Program-made: the position numbers and the translations under genes
In this document: positions 10,016-20,781 of the stretch, piece by piece
Position numbering within the stretch: position 1 is the stretch's first letter
Layout: each line of letters opens with the position of its first letter
Assembly: GCA_944320495.1 (NCBI GenBank)
Contig: CALUHR010000013.1
Span: 192,001 to 256,000, forward strand
Source of the DNA: Candidatus Methanomethylophilaceae archaeon
GTDB lineage: Archaea; Thermoplasmatota; Thermoplasmata; Methanomassiliicoccales; Methanomethylophilaceae
Length of the DNA: 64,000 nt
Direction: 5' to 3'
The notes under the pieces: generated by a model
Seen by the model: only the letters and a program-made list of their open reading frames with translations
Told to the model about the DNA's origin: nothing
The model's database searches: none

Positions 10016-10285
10016 TCAGACGACCGTGTTGGAGACGCACTCGACGTTCTCGATCCCGGGGATGGAGCGGAGCCCGGCCTCGAGCTTTCCGCCGACCTCC
10101 TCGTCGGAGTCGTCGATGAGGAACCCGGCGTAGACCTTCATGAGTCCGAACGCGACGGGCTTGACCTCGGTCTCGAGGACCTTGACACCCTCGGGGACCA
10201 CGTTGTTGAGCTGAGCGATGACCTCATCGAGGTTGACCTCGGTGCTCTCGGGCATGAGGTCGTAAGCTGCGGCGATCTGTCCCAT
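10016..10285 (-). CDS. ef1b: Translation elongation factor 1-beta
   Basis: LMPESTEVNLDE, KPVAFGL, GIENVE; 89 aa. Confidence 0.93.
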   Translation of the reverse strand: MGQIAAAYDLMPESTEVNLDEVIAQLNNVVPEGVKVLETEVKPVAFGLMKVYAGFLIDDSDEEVGGKLEAGLRSIPGIENVECVSNTVV

Positions 10286-10294
10286 GTACAGTCC

Positions 10295-10462
10295 TCACGG
10301 GCCGATGAATCCGCATTTCTTGCACTCGTAGGGGACACTCTGGTCGCGGCACTGGGCGCACCTTCCGATCTCGTACTCCCCGCACTTGGGGCACTTGAAG
10401 AAGGTGTTTCCGCGGCCAATCAGCCTCTTCCCGCAGGAAGAGCATATTTTGTCGGCTGCCAT
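10295..10462 (-). CDS. Small zinc-finger protein (DUF1610/HVO_2753-like)
   Basis: Missed by the track. 55 aa MAADKICSSCG..FKCPKCGEYEIGRCAQCRDQSVPYECKKCGFIGP with four CxxC, directly upstream of ef1b as is usual in archaea. Confidence 0.9.
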   Translation of the reverse strand: MAADKICSSCGKRLIGRGNTFFKCPKCGEYEIGRCAQCRDQSVPYECKKCGFIGP

Positions 10463-10528
10463 GCGCACGCGATAATTCTTCTTATATTTAAAGAGGCACG
10501 AACTCGGATTATAGAACTGGAGGTCGCC

Positions 10529-12055
10529 TCACCGCATCTCCTCGCGCATGCTGCTGGACAGCTTCTTGGGATCCAGAGCATCCTTGAAGAAGGCCGCGTC
10601 CGAACGGGTGAACTCCCTGAACAGCGCGCTCAGTCCGAAGTGCATCGCCAGACAGAACAGCGAGACAGCGACCAGCGGAAGGAACCCGGAGATGCCCAGG
10701 CAGTGGTCGATGACCAGCAGGACGACCGCATCTATCGCGGCCACGACAAGATGCCTCCACAGGCGCCCGTAGAAGCTGATGCCGGCGTATCTGCGGACGG
10801 AGAGGACCAGCATGATCGCCTGGAACAGGTATCCGACGGACATGGCCAGACCGGCTCCCACCGCACCCAGGCCGCACGCGTATGTCGGGATGAACAGGAG
10901 GAATCCCGCCAGGACGACCGCGATGTACATGGCGGAACAGCGGCCGTATACCTTGGCATTGTTCGTCGAATAGAGGACCTGGGTCATGAGTGCGTTGATG
11001 ACCACGGAGTAGAGCACCATGCACTGTACCGACATGACGTCCCCCGACCTCTCGTATCCGGCTCCGAAGAGCACCACGGCGATCTCGCGTCCGAAGATCA
11101 GCATGACGACCATGACGGGGAAGATCAGCAGTGCCAGGTACCTCTCCGTCTTCCAGATCATGCCCTGCATCTCGGCCCGACCGGTTTCGCTCCCGCGATA
11201 CTCCGACAACTTGGGCAGGATTACGGTGTTCAGGGACTTCCCCAGGTTGGAGAACGTCCATATCACGCCCGCGGATGCCGTGTAGTATCCGACCTCCCTC
11301 CCGTCGAAGCTGAACCCGATTATGACCTTGTCCAGATACTCCACGGCAGTGACCAGCAGCAGTGACACCGCGATAGGGGCCGTGAATGCCAGATAGTCTC
11401 TGAGATAGTCCGGACGGCACAGTCTCAGGTGGGAGTGCCTGAAGATCAGGACGCATGAGATCGACGAGGCCGCTATGCCGACGACGTATCCCAATGCCAG
11501 CACCGGGGCCGACACCTGCATGAAGGCAAGCACCGTGAGCGTGACGGCACGCGCCAGGAACTCGACCATCAGGATGAGCGACGACTTGCCGTTCTCCCCC
11601 TTCCCGTCGAAGGTGTAGGTCATCGACGTCTGCAGGTCCCAGACCAGATAGTAGACGACGAACACCAGGACGACCAGGAACGCCTCGTCGTCCATCGAAT
11701 GGGTGAGGACGTAGCTGACATAGGCCGACAGCAGGGAGAGCGCGGCCATGCCCGCACCCATGACGATCTTGATGGTCAGGAACGTCGAGAAGCACCTGTC
11801 GGGATCCCTGCCCTCGGACACGAACTTGACATTGGTCAGGTTGAAACCCATGTCGGTGACCGCGTTGAACACCGCGACGAACGCCCACGCCCACATCATC
11901 ACGCCGTACTGGTCGCTGACGTAACGCGTCATCACCATGAGAGAGATGAACGAGACGAGCGATGCGAAGACGTTGGAGCCCATCTTCATTACGTACTTGT
12001 GGGCGAGCACGGGACTGCGAGGCGTACCACCAATATGTTTTTGTTCCCAAGACAA
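10529..12055 (-). CDS. Oligosaccharide flippase (Wzx/MOP family)
   Basis: About 12-14 TM helices, TDMGF, YLDKVIIG..VGYYTAS. Exact start uncertain. Confidence 0.85.
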   Translation of the reverse strand: MSWEQKHIGGTPRSPVLAHKYVMKMGSNVFASLVSFISLMVMTRYVSDQYGVMMWAWAFVAVFNAVTDMGFNLTNVKFVSEGRDPDRCFSTFLTIKIVMGAGMAALSLLSAYVSYVLTHSMDDEAFLVVLVFVVYYLVWDLQTSMTYTFDGKGENGKSSLILMVEFLARAVTLTVLAFMQVSAPVLALGYVVGIAASSISCVLIFRHSHLRLCRPDYLRDYLAFTAPIAVSLLLVTAVEYLDKVIIGFSFDGREVGYYTASAGVIWTFSNLGKSLNTVILPKLSEYRGSETGRAEMQGMIWKTERYLALLIFPVMVVMLIFGREIAVVLFGAGYERSGDVMSVQCMVLYSVVINALMTQVLYSTNNAKVYGRCSAMYIAVVLAGFLLFIPTYACGLGAVGAGLAMSVGYLFQAIMLVLSVRRYAGISFYGRLWRHLVVAAIDAVVLLVIDHCLGISGFLPLVAVSLFCLAMHFGLSALFREFTRSDAAFFKDALDPKKLSSSMREEMR

Positions 12056-12126
12056 CCAGATAGATACAAAGCGTTCCCTCGCTGGTGTTCACACCTAGAA
12101 ATATAGAGGCGACCCATGCACATGGC

Positions 12127-13242
12127 ATGGAATGCAGGAGCGGCTTCCGCAGGGACTACCTCGACTACAGGAACACGCTGACGGCGAGATTCCTGATGAT
12201 TGCATCCATCTTCATATTTCACGCAGGACTGTTCTTCGGGTTCTCGGTCCCTAACAACGGCCACACGTGCGTCGCAGTATTCTTCTTCCTGTCCGGATAC
12301 GGACTGGAATACAGTCTCTCCAACAAAACCGGATACATGAGGACATTCCTCCAAAAAAGAGCCCTCGGCCTGTTGATCCAATACTGGCTCATCATGATGC
12401 TCTGCGCGGCTCTAACCGGTGTGGCTTATCTGTCATTCCAGTCCTTCATGCAGGACGCGGACAAGTACCTGTTCGAATACGTCAACTGGTACATCCTGGA
12501 GCTCCTGGTGTTCTACGTCATTTTCTTCATATCCGCCATGTTCCATGAGGTCAGATGGAGGTACCTGTTCGTCCTAGTCACCACGATTGCCTCCATGTAC
12601 ATCCTAGCAGAGAACTTCGACACCAACCTGTATCTGAAGTCGGGACTGGTTTTCATCGTAGGAATGGCATGGTACAGGTACAAGGACCGCATCGATGCCT
12701 TCCTCACTAAGTACTACCCTCTGATCATTATCCCCTTAACAGTGCTGCTCCTGATTCCCGAGAGGAGCGATGTGTTCGCCATCGACATGGTCTACACCGG
12801 CATCACGGCGATACTGCTTGTCATCGTCGGATGCATGGTCCTGATGGCGGACCTCAGGAAGAGATGGTACATCCCCCTTCTGGCGCTAATCGTCGGCGGA
12901 GCGGTCATGTTCAACGGATTGGGCACTGCCCAGAACATTGAGGGGGCATCAATGCTGTTCCTCGCAGGACTATCCTGCGTGATCTATCAGATTCCATCGC
13001 TCTGCAAGGCAATGGTTCCCCTCGGCTCCATGTCGCTAGAACTGTTCCTGCTCCACTACATCACGTTCAAGTGGACCTCTTACTACATCGACGATCTGCT
13101 TGTGATAATGATCCTCTCCACGATCATCACCCTGGTCATCTCGTACGCTGCGTATATCGGGGTCGGCCGCATCATGAAAGCGTACAACAGAGGCGTTGAC
13201 ATACTCTGCACGGAGCAGAGGCCCCCCGAGACGACATCATGA
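12127..13242 (+). CDS. Acyltransferase family 3 (OafA-like) membrane protein
   Basis: IFIFH, VAVFFFLSGYGL, WYILELLVFY, LGSMSLELFLLH; visibly more AT-rich than its neighbours. Confidence 0.8.
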   Translation: MECRSGFRRDYLDYRNTLTARFLMIASIFIFHAGLFFGFSVPNNGHTCVAVFFFLSGYGLEYSLSNKTGYMRTFLQKRALGLLIQYWLIMMLCAALTGVAYLSFQSFMQDADKYLFEYVNWYILELLVFYVIFFISAMFHEVRWRYLFVLVTTIASMYILAENFDTNLYLKSGLVFIVGMAWYRYKDRIDAFLTKYYPLIIIPLTVLLLIPERSDVFAIDMVYTGITAILLVIVGCMVLMADLRKRWYIPLLALIVGGAVMFNGLGTAQNIEGASMLFLAGLSCVIYQIPSLCKAMVPLGSMSLELFLLHYITFKWTSYYIDDLLVIMILSTIITLVISYAAYIGVGRIMKAYNRGVDILCTEQRPPETTS

Positions 13243-13306
13243 CCCTCCAACACAACACCTATCATGACAGATGTGATTCCCGGAACCTGACTCGGAGGAA
13301 GACGAT

Positions 13307-14659
13307 ATGAGGATGTTCGGAACCAACGGCGTGCGCGGGATAGCGAACGACAGCCTCAGCTGCGAACTGGCACTGCGCATGGGGAAGAGCATCGGGACCG
13401 TGCTCGGCCCGACGATAGCTCTCGCCTATGACACACGGACGTCGTCCCGTATGATCAGGGATGCGGTCCGTTCCGGACTCGTCTCCGTGGGCACGGACGT
13501 CATCGACCTCGGAATGGTCCCTACGCCCGCGCTCCAGCATTATGTGAAGATGCGTCCCGGGATCACCGGGGGGGTCATGATCACCGCCTCCCACAATCCT
13601 CCAGAGTACAACGGCATCAAATGCATCTCCGGCGACGGGACGGAATGCTCCCACGAGGAGGAGCAGAGGATAGAGGATGCGTATGACGGCGACATCCGGT
13701 GCGTAGGATGGGAGTCCATCGGTACAGTCCGCCACGTCCTGGATGCGGCCGAGGAGTATGTGGACTCCATCGTGTCGAAGGTCGACCGCGAATCGATCAG
13801 AGCGGCCCGCCTCACCGTCTGCGTGGACTGCGCCAACGGCGCCTCCGTGGAGACGGCGCCGATGCTCATGAGCAGACTGGGAGTCCGTGCGATCACGATC
13901 AACGGCAACCCGCAGGGCGAGTTCCCCGGCCATCCGAGCGAGCCCACGGAGGAGAACCTGGAGGACCTGAAGAGACTGGTGGTGGACACCGGTGCGGACC
14001 TCGGGATAGCCCATGACGGGGACGCGGACAGATGCGTCTTCGTGACGTCCGATGGACGGTTCGTCAGCGGGGACCTCTCCCTGGCCCTCCTGGCGAGGAA
14101 CGAGCTCTCCAGAAACGGCGGGGGCAGGGTAATGGTTACCGTCGCCACGTCCAAGGTCGTGGAGGACACCGTCGAATCGAACGGCGGAGAGACGGTGTAC
14201 ACGGCGGTCGGGTCCCCCATAGTCGCCCGCGAGATGATCTCAGGGGGAGGGGTCTTCGGCGGGGAGGAGAACGGCGGACTGATCTTCGCCGACCACCAGT
14301 ACTGCCGCGACGGCGGCATGGGAGCCGCGAGGATGCTGGAGTCCATCGCCAGGAACGGCCCCCTGTCCGAACAGGTGGACTCCCTGCCGAGATATCGCAC
14401 CATCAAGAAGGCAGTGAGATGCCCGGACTGCCTCAAGACCGAGGTCATCGAGACCGTGTGCAGGATGCACGAAGACGGCAGGATAGACCGCAGGGACGGG
14501 CTTCGCATCGATTTCGATGACGGCTGGGTCCTGATACGTCCGTCCGGAACGGAACCTAAGTTCAGGATCTACTCCGAATCCAAGGATGATGCGGTCGCCG
14601 AAGCACGCTCCGAATCGTTCGTGAGGGAGATCGAGGACATCATCGGAGAGAGAGCCCGA
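13307..14659 (+). CDS. Phosphomannomutase/phosphoglucomutase (proposed CGA stop 14657-14659; standard TAA at 14683)
   Basis: FGTNGVRG, TASHNPPEYNGIK, DGDADR, GEENGG, IRPSGTEPKFRIYSE. Confidence 0.92.
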
Positions 14660-15664
14660 TCGCTCCCTGACGACCTTCCCTAACTTCGCCTTGAGCTGCA
14701 TCACCGGCTTCACCTCGGCTGGGTCTATGCCGCGATGCTCCGCCATGTACAATGACATGTAGTCTCCGAGGATGATCGCCCGGAACATGTTCTCGAGCGC
14801 GGACTTCCCTCCGAGCCTGATGACCTTCACCGGTGCGCCGCTGACCTCGAGCTCCTCGGCGACGCCCTCCAACACCCCGGTCCCGCGGCACAGACCGTCG
14901 TCCGCACCGATCAGGAGGATGAACAGGTAGTCCTGACGATCGGTACCGGCCCAGCGGGACACCTCTGGGCATCCCAGCTCCGGAAGCGACTCGCAGAAGG
15001 CCACGAACTTGGAGTTCTCGTTGACCTGGGTCTTCCATCTGAACGCCACCGACTGCATGCTCACATCCGAGCATACGACAGGCACCTTCCCGACCAGGGC
15101 ATCCACCAGCTCATGGGCCAGCGATCCCTCCGCGAGGGCGGCATCGTCCCGGTAGTCGCGGAGCGAGGGGATGAACGCCCTGATCCTCCCGGACAGGTCC
15201 GGTCCACCTGCCGAGCGTATGACGGCCAGCGTGTAACCGATCATGTATCCGATCGCATGCCTGGGATGCATGTCCTTCGGGAGGGGGATGACCTTGTCGC
15301 CTCCGGACTCGGCGGCCTCCCTGAGCAGACCTCCCGACGTCAGCACCACGACCCTGCAGCCGCACGCCTTCGCCTGATGGTACATGTTCATCGTCTCGGC
15401 CGTGTTGCCGGAGTAGCTGGACACTATCGCGAGAGTCCGCGGGCCGACCCAGCTGGGCAGTTCCGGGTACTTCATCAGGCACAGGTACTTGGATGACTCC
15501 GCATAACAGCAATCTGCCGCGAAATCACCGCTGACGGCGGAACCACCGACTCCGCAAAGCAGGATGCTGTCGCAATCGAAGACCTCCCCGGGATCGTATG
15601 ACAATGACTTCTCGAGATCGTCGACGAAATGGTACAGCTGCTCCTTCACGGTGAGACCGGCCAT
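14660..15664 (-). CDS. Bifunctional phosphoglucose/phosphomannose isomerase family, paralog A (proposed CGA stop 14660-14662)
   Basis: CGVGGSAVSGD, SSYSGNTAET, HPR, WKTQVNENSK. 334 aa with the CGA stop; otherwise runs 444 nt antisense into the mutase gene. Confidence 0.85.
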
Positions 15665-16620
15665 CAGTACGCCTCCTCCAGAGCTTCGGCAACCATCAGT
15701 GCGAGTGCCATCGCCCTGATGTTCTTGGTCATGGAGTCGCCTGAGCCCAGGTCCGCGACGATCGCATGCCTCCCGTTCTCCTCCAGGACCTCCAACATGC
15801 ACCGCAGTATCTCCGTGACCAGGCCGCTCCTGACCTCCCCTCTGATGACCAGCAGCCTGAGCTCCGGCGCATGGACGTTCGGATCGGACCAGCCTACCAG
15901 CTCATTGTGGTCGAACTCCGGCAGCTCGCCGAAGAACGATATGTCGGACCTCGCGGATCCGATAATCCGCCTCCAGTAGCGGGAGGATGCGCGGATGTCC
16001 GATGTGCTGTATGCGGCGACTACACCGCCGGACAGCTCGTTGGCCACATCCGCGACCTGTCCCTCGAGATCGTCCCTGGATGCCTCGGCGGACCTCAGGG
16101 CGTCCCTGAGCATGAGAGACGCATCGAACAGACCGGAGGACTGCACCATCGCCGACAGCAGCCCCATGACGAACCATGGGGCCTCGGCCTCATCCACATC
16201 GGACGGTATGGGGAAGACGACACCTCCCGCATCACGACATGAGGCTGTGATCCTCCCCTCCGAGGAGATGCACACGACCTCGCAACCGCGAGACAACAGG
16301 TCATTCAGGATGCGGAGCATGGTCTCGTCGTCGCCGTCATACGATACCAGAACGGCCCTCACGCCTGGGACCACCCATCCGGGGACGCGGTTGTCACAGA
16401 TGTGTGGGACGTATACGGAAGCGGATTCGTTGGCGGCGTCCGAGATCACGTCAGCCGCGACTCCGCAGAAATCGTTGCAGAATACGCACATGCGAGCCGA
16501 TGTCCCCATGTCGACCTGCGTCTCGGCGGCCGCCTTGGCACGGTCGATGAATCCGGACGGCCAGGATGCCCTCGGCATCCCTGTGGCTGAGACTCCCCCA
16601 GCCAGGCTGTTCGTGCGCAT
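15664..16620 (-). CDS. PGI/PMI family paralog B (degenerate N-terminal SIS domain, intact ELPEFDHNE)
   Basis: GELPEFDHNELVGW C-domain motif; TGATG coupling to paralog A. Start uncertain. Confidence 0.75.
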   Translation of the reverse strand: MRTNSLAGGVSATGMPRASWPSGFIDRAKAAAETQVDMGTSARMCVFCNDFCGVAADVISDAANESASVYVPHICDNRVPGWVVPGVRAVLVSYDGDDETMLRILNDLLSRGCEVVCISSEGRITASCRDAGGVVFPIPSDVDEAEAPWFVMGLLSAMVQSSGLFDASLMLRDALRSAEASRDDLEGQVADVANELSGGVVAAYSTSDIRASSRYWRRIIGSARSDISFFGELPEFDHNELVGWSDPNVHAPELRLLVIRGEVRSGLVTEILRCMLEVLEENGRHAIVADLGSGDSMTKNIRAMALALMVAEALEEAY

Positions 16621-16705
16621 CCCATCCACTGAATCACCTGAATGATTCAGCATACTCTTTAGTTATTTATTCGAAACGCGTCTTCCTTTGACATCGGTTG
16701 AAACC

Positions 16706-17731
16706 ATGAGTGCAACGGACCCCACCCTGCAGCATCTCCCCCTCGATGAGTTGAAAGGCAAGAGGATAGCCATCCTCGGAAGCACTGGATTGATCGCATC
16801 CACCCTCGTGGAGAAGCTATGCGGCCTGGATGATGCGCTGGGTCTAGGCTTGGAACTGATCATCACATACCGCGACAGAGCGAAGGTCGAGAGGAGGTTC
16901 TCCGAACTGCGCACGGGATGCGCCATCGAATACCTGAGGTACGATGTCACGGAACCTTTCCCGGATGTTGATGTGGATTTCATCGTCCATTCCGCCAGCC
17001 CGGCGCATCCGAAGGCGTTTGTCGAGAATCCTGTGGGGGTCATGAAGGCCAACATCGACGGCGTCACCAACGTCCTCGAGCATGCCCGCGCCCATCCGGA
17101 GACCCGTGTGCTGTACGTCTCATCTGGAGAGGTGTACGGGTCGAAGACCGAGAACCGCCCCTACGCCGAGACCGACACCGGCCTCCTGGACCCGCTCAAC
17201 TTCCGCGCGTGCTATCCCGAGAGCAAACGCGCCGCGGAGACGTTGTGCAGATGCTATCTGCACCAGTACGGTGTCGATTCGGTGATCGTCCGCCCCGGGC
17301 ACGTGTACGGCCCCGCCCTGATGTCCGAGAGCACCAGGGTCGATGTCCAGTTCATGAGGAACGCCCTCGCAGGGGAGGACATACTCATGAAGAGCCTTGG
17401 ACTGCAGAGACGCTCGTACATCCATGTGGATGACGTCGTCTCGGGCATGCTATTCGCGATGCTGAAGGGGGGCTCCGGAGAGGCCTACAACATCTCCAAC
17501 CGCCACTCCGACATCACGATCCGCGAGTATGCCGAGATCCTCGCCGGGATAGCGGGTGTTTCGGTGCGCATGGAGGTCGATGCGGCCTCATGCACGGGAT
17601 CGTCCCAGGTGCAGGATTCCACGCTGGACTCGTCCAAGCTCGAGGGGCTGGGGTGGGTCCCGCGCATCCGCATGGAGGGGGGGCTCAGGGGGACTCTCGA
17701 TACCCTGCGCTCCCGCGACCGGGTGCTTTGA
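16706..17731 (+). CDS. NAD-dependent epimerase/dehydratase (extended SDR)
   Basis: ILGSTGLIAS, HSASPAHP, YVSSGEVYG, YPESKRAAE (YxxxK), RPGHVYGP. Confidence 0.88.
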   Translation: MSATDPTLQHLPLDELKGKRIAILGSTGLIASTLVEKLCGLDDALGLGLELIITYRDRAKVERRFSELRTGCAIEYLRYDVTEPFPDVDVDFIVHSASPAHPKAFVENPVGVMKANIDGVTNVLEHARAHPETRVLYVSSGEVYGSKTENRPYAETDTGLLDPLNFRACYPESKRAAETLCRCYLHQYGVDSVIVRPGHVYGPALMSESTRVDVQFMRNALAGEDILMKSLGLQRRSYIHVDDVVSGMLFAMLKGGSGEAYNISNRHSDITIREYAEILAGIAGVSVRMEVDAASCTGSSQVQDSTLDSSKLEGLGWVPRIRMEGGLRGTLDTLRSRDRVL

Positions 17732-17765
17732 AAACTATATATCGCTAACCGCGGGTTGACGGCCG

Positions 17766-18521
17766 ATGAGCACGGATGAGAAGCTGGTGAAGGTCCGCAA
17801 GACGTCGGACTACGAGTACGGATCGTCCAAGTACATCTACACGCCTCTCAGCAGGCTTTTCACCCGCATCCTGCTGAAGACGCCAGCCACCCCCAACCAG
17901 ATCACGATCTTCTGGGGGCTCCTGATGATCCTGTGCTCGATCGCGTTCGCCTTCGGCGATCTCCTGCTCGGGGTCCTCGGAGGCATCGGCTGGGTCATCT
18001 CCTACGCCCTCGACTACACCGACGGGGACATAGCCCGCTACAAGGACATGAAGTCCAAGCGCGGCCCGTTCCAGGACCTCGTGAACCACAGGGCGACCTA
18101 CCCCCTGCTCATGTTCTGCATCGGATTCGGGGCCTACAAGATTGGAAGGACCGAGTTCTTCGGCATCGCCTTCGACCCCATGTGGTACATCGTACTCGGA
18201 TTCCTGGCCGGCATAGCCATGGTCATCATCATGGACCTCGGCGACGCCTACAACAAGGTGTATCCCGAGGGAAGCATCGACAGCGACCGCGGAAGCGCCG
18301 CCGTGGAGGGGGGTAACGTGGGGAACCGCAGGCTGTTCAAGGCCGTCATGAACTTCAACCCCCTCGTGTTCACGAACATGATGCTCCTGACGCCCGTCTT
18401 CGCCCTGATCGGTCTCACGGACGTGTTCATCATCTTCTACGGTATCTTCTATCCCCTGGCCGCGTTCGGGAGGTACGTCATACTGTATCGCAGACTGCCC
18501 GGCGTATCGAAATCGCAGTGA
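17766..18521 (+). CDS. CDP-alcohol phosphotransferase family protein
   Basis: TPNQIT and DYTDGDIARYKDMKSKRGPFQDLVNH; the last Asp of the consensus is replaced by His. Confidence 0.85.
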   Translation: MSTDEKLVKVRKTSDYEYGSSKYIYTPLSRLFTRILLKTPATPNQITIFWGLLMILCSIAFAFGDLLLGVLGGIGWVISYALDYTDGDIARYKDMKSKRGPFQDLVNHRATYPLLMFCIGFGAYKIGRTEFFGIAFDPMWYIVLGFLAGIAMVIIMDLGDAYNKVYPEGSIDSDRGSAAVEGGNVGNRRLFKAVMNFNPLVFTNMMLLTPVFALIGLTDVFIIFYGIFYPLAAFGRYVILYRRLPGVSKSQ

Positions 18522-19532
18522 TCGGAGGACGATGCATTCCCCGTACACGGCGCGGGCGGAGCCCACGTACCCGTAGATGCGGAGGTTGTCTCCCGAGAAG
18601 TCGAACACGCCACTGGGGGCATCGTAGGTGTGCCCCTGCTGATAGTCGACTATCGTCGATGTGTAGTCTAGACCGGATGCTATCGTCTGGGCCACGAAAT
18701 GGACCGTGTGGGACTGGTACTCGACGGTCATGCCGAAGTTCATGACCATGCCGTCGTAGGCGCGGTAGATGAGCGCGCAGGCATACCCATCGCTGGACTC
18801 GTTCCCGACAGAGAAGTACTCGCCTATGCCCTCGTACCTTATACCGTAGGAGTACTCATTGAACTGTATGCCCAGGGAATCCTGGACGAGGTCGTTCTGG
18901 ATGTAATCCGTACGGAGGGTGTGTCTGACGTCGTTGAAGCTGGAGTCGTCCATCCCCTCGATGCCCGTGAACAGCTCGGCATACCCCTGGATCTGCTCGA
19001 TGTCATCATCGTCTGGACCGTGGGACACGTACTTGCCCAGGCATCCGGACATGTTCATCACGGTGCCGCCGGACCTCAGCCATTCGACGAGCACGCACGA
19101 GGACGTGCCGTCGTACAGCACGTCCGAGACCGCCCCTGCGGCGATCAGGACGGCGACCGAGGAACGATCGGCATCCGGAAGGGCTTCCGCCAGTTCCTGC
19201 GAGTCGCAGAACACCATTCCCGGCCCCGAACGTATCTCGAGCTGCTCCCCCAGGCCGATGAGCATCGTCTCCTGGAGCTCCCAGTCGTTCATCGCCGCAT
19301 ATTCCGTGTCGAAATACACCAGGATCGTATCGAAATCATATCCCGCGCTGCTCTCGATGAGCGTCGTGTGGGTCTCCATGCCGTAGTTCGACGAGTACGT
19401 GTAATGGATCCCGTCCTCATCTCCCCAGGCGTCCAGGTCGCATCTGTATATGTTCGGACCGTAGGACAGGACCATGCCGACGAGCATGACGGCGACGACT
19501 GCTACAATCACTATGACATCGATGCGCTTCAT
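18522..19532 (-). CDS. Membrane-anchored extracellular protein, paralog 1 (proposed CGA stop 18522-18524)
   Basis: N-terminal hydrophobic anchor and acidic ectodomain; shares LVYxD, GAxSxxLYDG..C.L..W.R.GGTV motifs with 24447-25469; 336 aa. Confidence 0.75.
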
Positions 19533-20772
19533 TCGAAAACCTCGGTTTCAGCAGGATGTACGCCGTGGCGATCGCCACCAGTGCGCCGGTTATCGACTTC
19601 AGGAATTCGTATGACAGCGAGTGGCCCTCGAATACTTCCAGAACATCCGCGATGCCATCGATTATGCCTGCCCCGGGCAGCCCGGAATCCACATAGATCA
19701 AACTGCAGAGGTTGATGACCACCAGCAGCGACATCACTGCGAGCAGGCTCATCGACACGTAGGGGATGTACATCTCCTTGGTGAACGCGAAGACCATGAA
19801 CGGGAGCAGGAACAGATAGTACTGCACATTGCCCGGAAGGATGAACATTATCGCCACCGGTAACAGCATGAGGAGCGATAGCGTCCGGAAGTCCTGCACC
19901 CCGTCACGAGCGACCTTGAATCCCATCACGACCGTCAGCAGTACGATCAGCGGCGTCAGGATGATGGAGAGATTGAATGCGGACGTGGATACCCCTGCAT
20001 CCACCCTGCTCGTGAGCCAGTGCATGGACGTCTCGAGGTCGCCGTTGAGGATGACCGGTGCCATCAGGATCAGTGCGGACACGACTGCACCGGCCACACA
20101 TTTGAGCGAGTACCTGATGTCACGGGTCTGCGCATACGAGTACCCCAGCAGGATTATCGCGGCGAAGATGCCGAACTGCTTGGAAAGGAAACATGCTCCC
20201 ATGAGGAGTCCGGCCGGGAACGGCTTCCTGTCCATCAGCATCAGCACAGATGCCAGCAGGAAGAAGATCTCCACGTTCTCGAACATCAGTCTGATGGATG
20301 AGATCGCTATCGTCAGCGGACACAGGAACCATATGGCCGCCATGATGACCGCCTTCCTCTCGTCTCCGCCGGTGACCCTGCATCCGATGCGAAAGATCAG
20401 ATGCGCCACGAGGATGTCGAAGATTATCAGCACGGCGAGGACCATCAGGCTGTACTCGATCGACGGGACGATGACGTCGCAATCCTTGATCGCGGTCCCG
20501 ATATCGTCGTAGTAATGCCCGTAGGGGATCCCCAGGAAATTGGCGAGAGCGGTCATCGCCGCCAGGAAGTATCCCCACACCGGCAGGTAGTAGTACCCGG
20601 GCACGCCGTAGAGGCCCTCCCCGGCCGTCAGGTTCGTTGAGCCCAGTATCCAGTAGTTGTCCTCTATCGGATACGTGTAGAAGAGCCCCAGGACGATCCT
20701 GAGCACCAGGCCGGTCACCAGCACGAGTATTGCCAGACGGCGGGTGCTGAGCGAACCGAACCAGGAGATCAA
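19519..20772 (-). CDS. GT-C-like (GT87/PIG-M-like) polytopic glycosyltransferase (proposed CGA stop 19519-19521)
   Basis: TTG start; EDNYW, GLYGVPGYYYLPVWGY, multiple TM helices; paralog of 23072-24454. Confidence 0.7.
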
Positions 20773-20781
20773 ACGGACCCC

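Noticed and set aside
14240-14659. Independent stop-loss mutations as the explanation for extended ORFs
   Set aside because: At least 17 cases all pass through the same codon (CGA) at the homology boundary, which independent random stop losses would not produce.
17745-18521. 595-aa ORF overlapping the whole CDP-alcohol transferase antisense (possible overlapping gene)
   Set aside because: The extension starts at an in-frame CGA abutting the convergent stop, and paralog length supports termination there.
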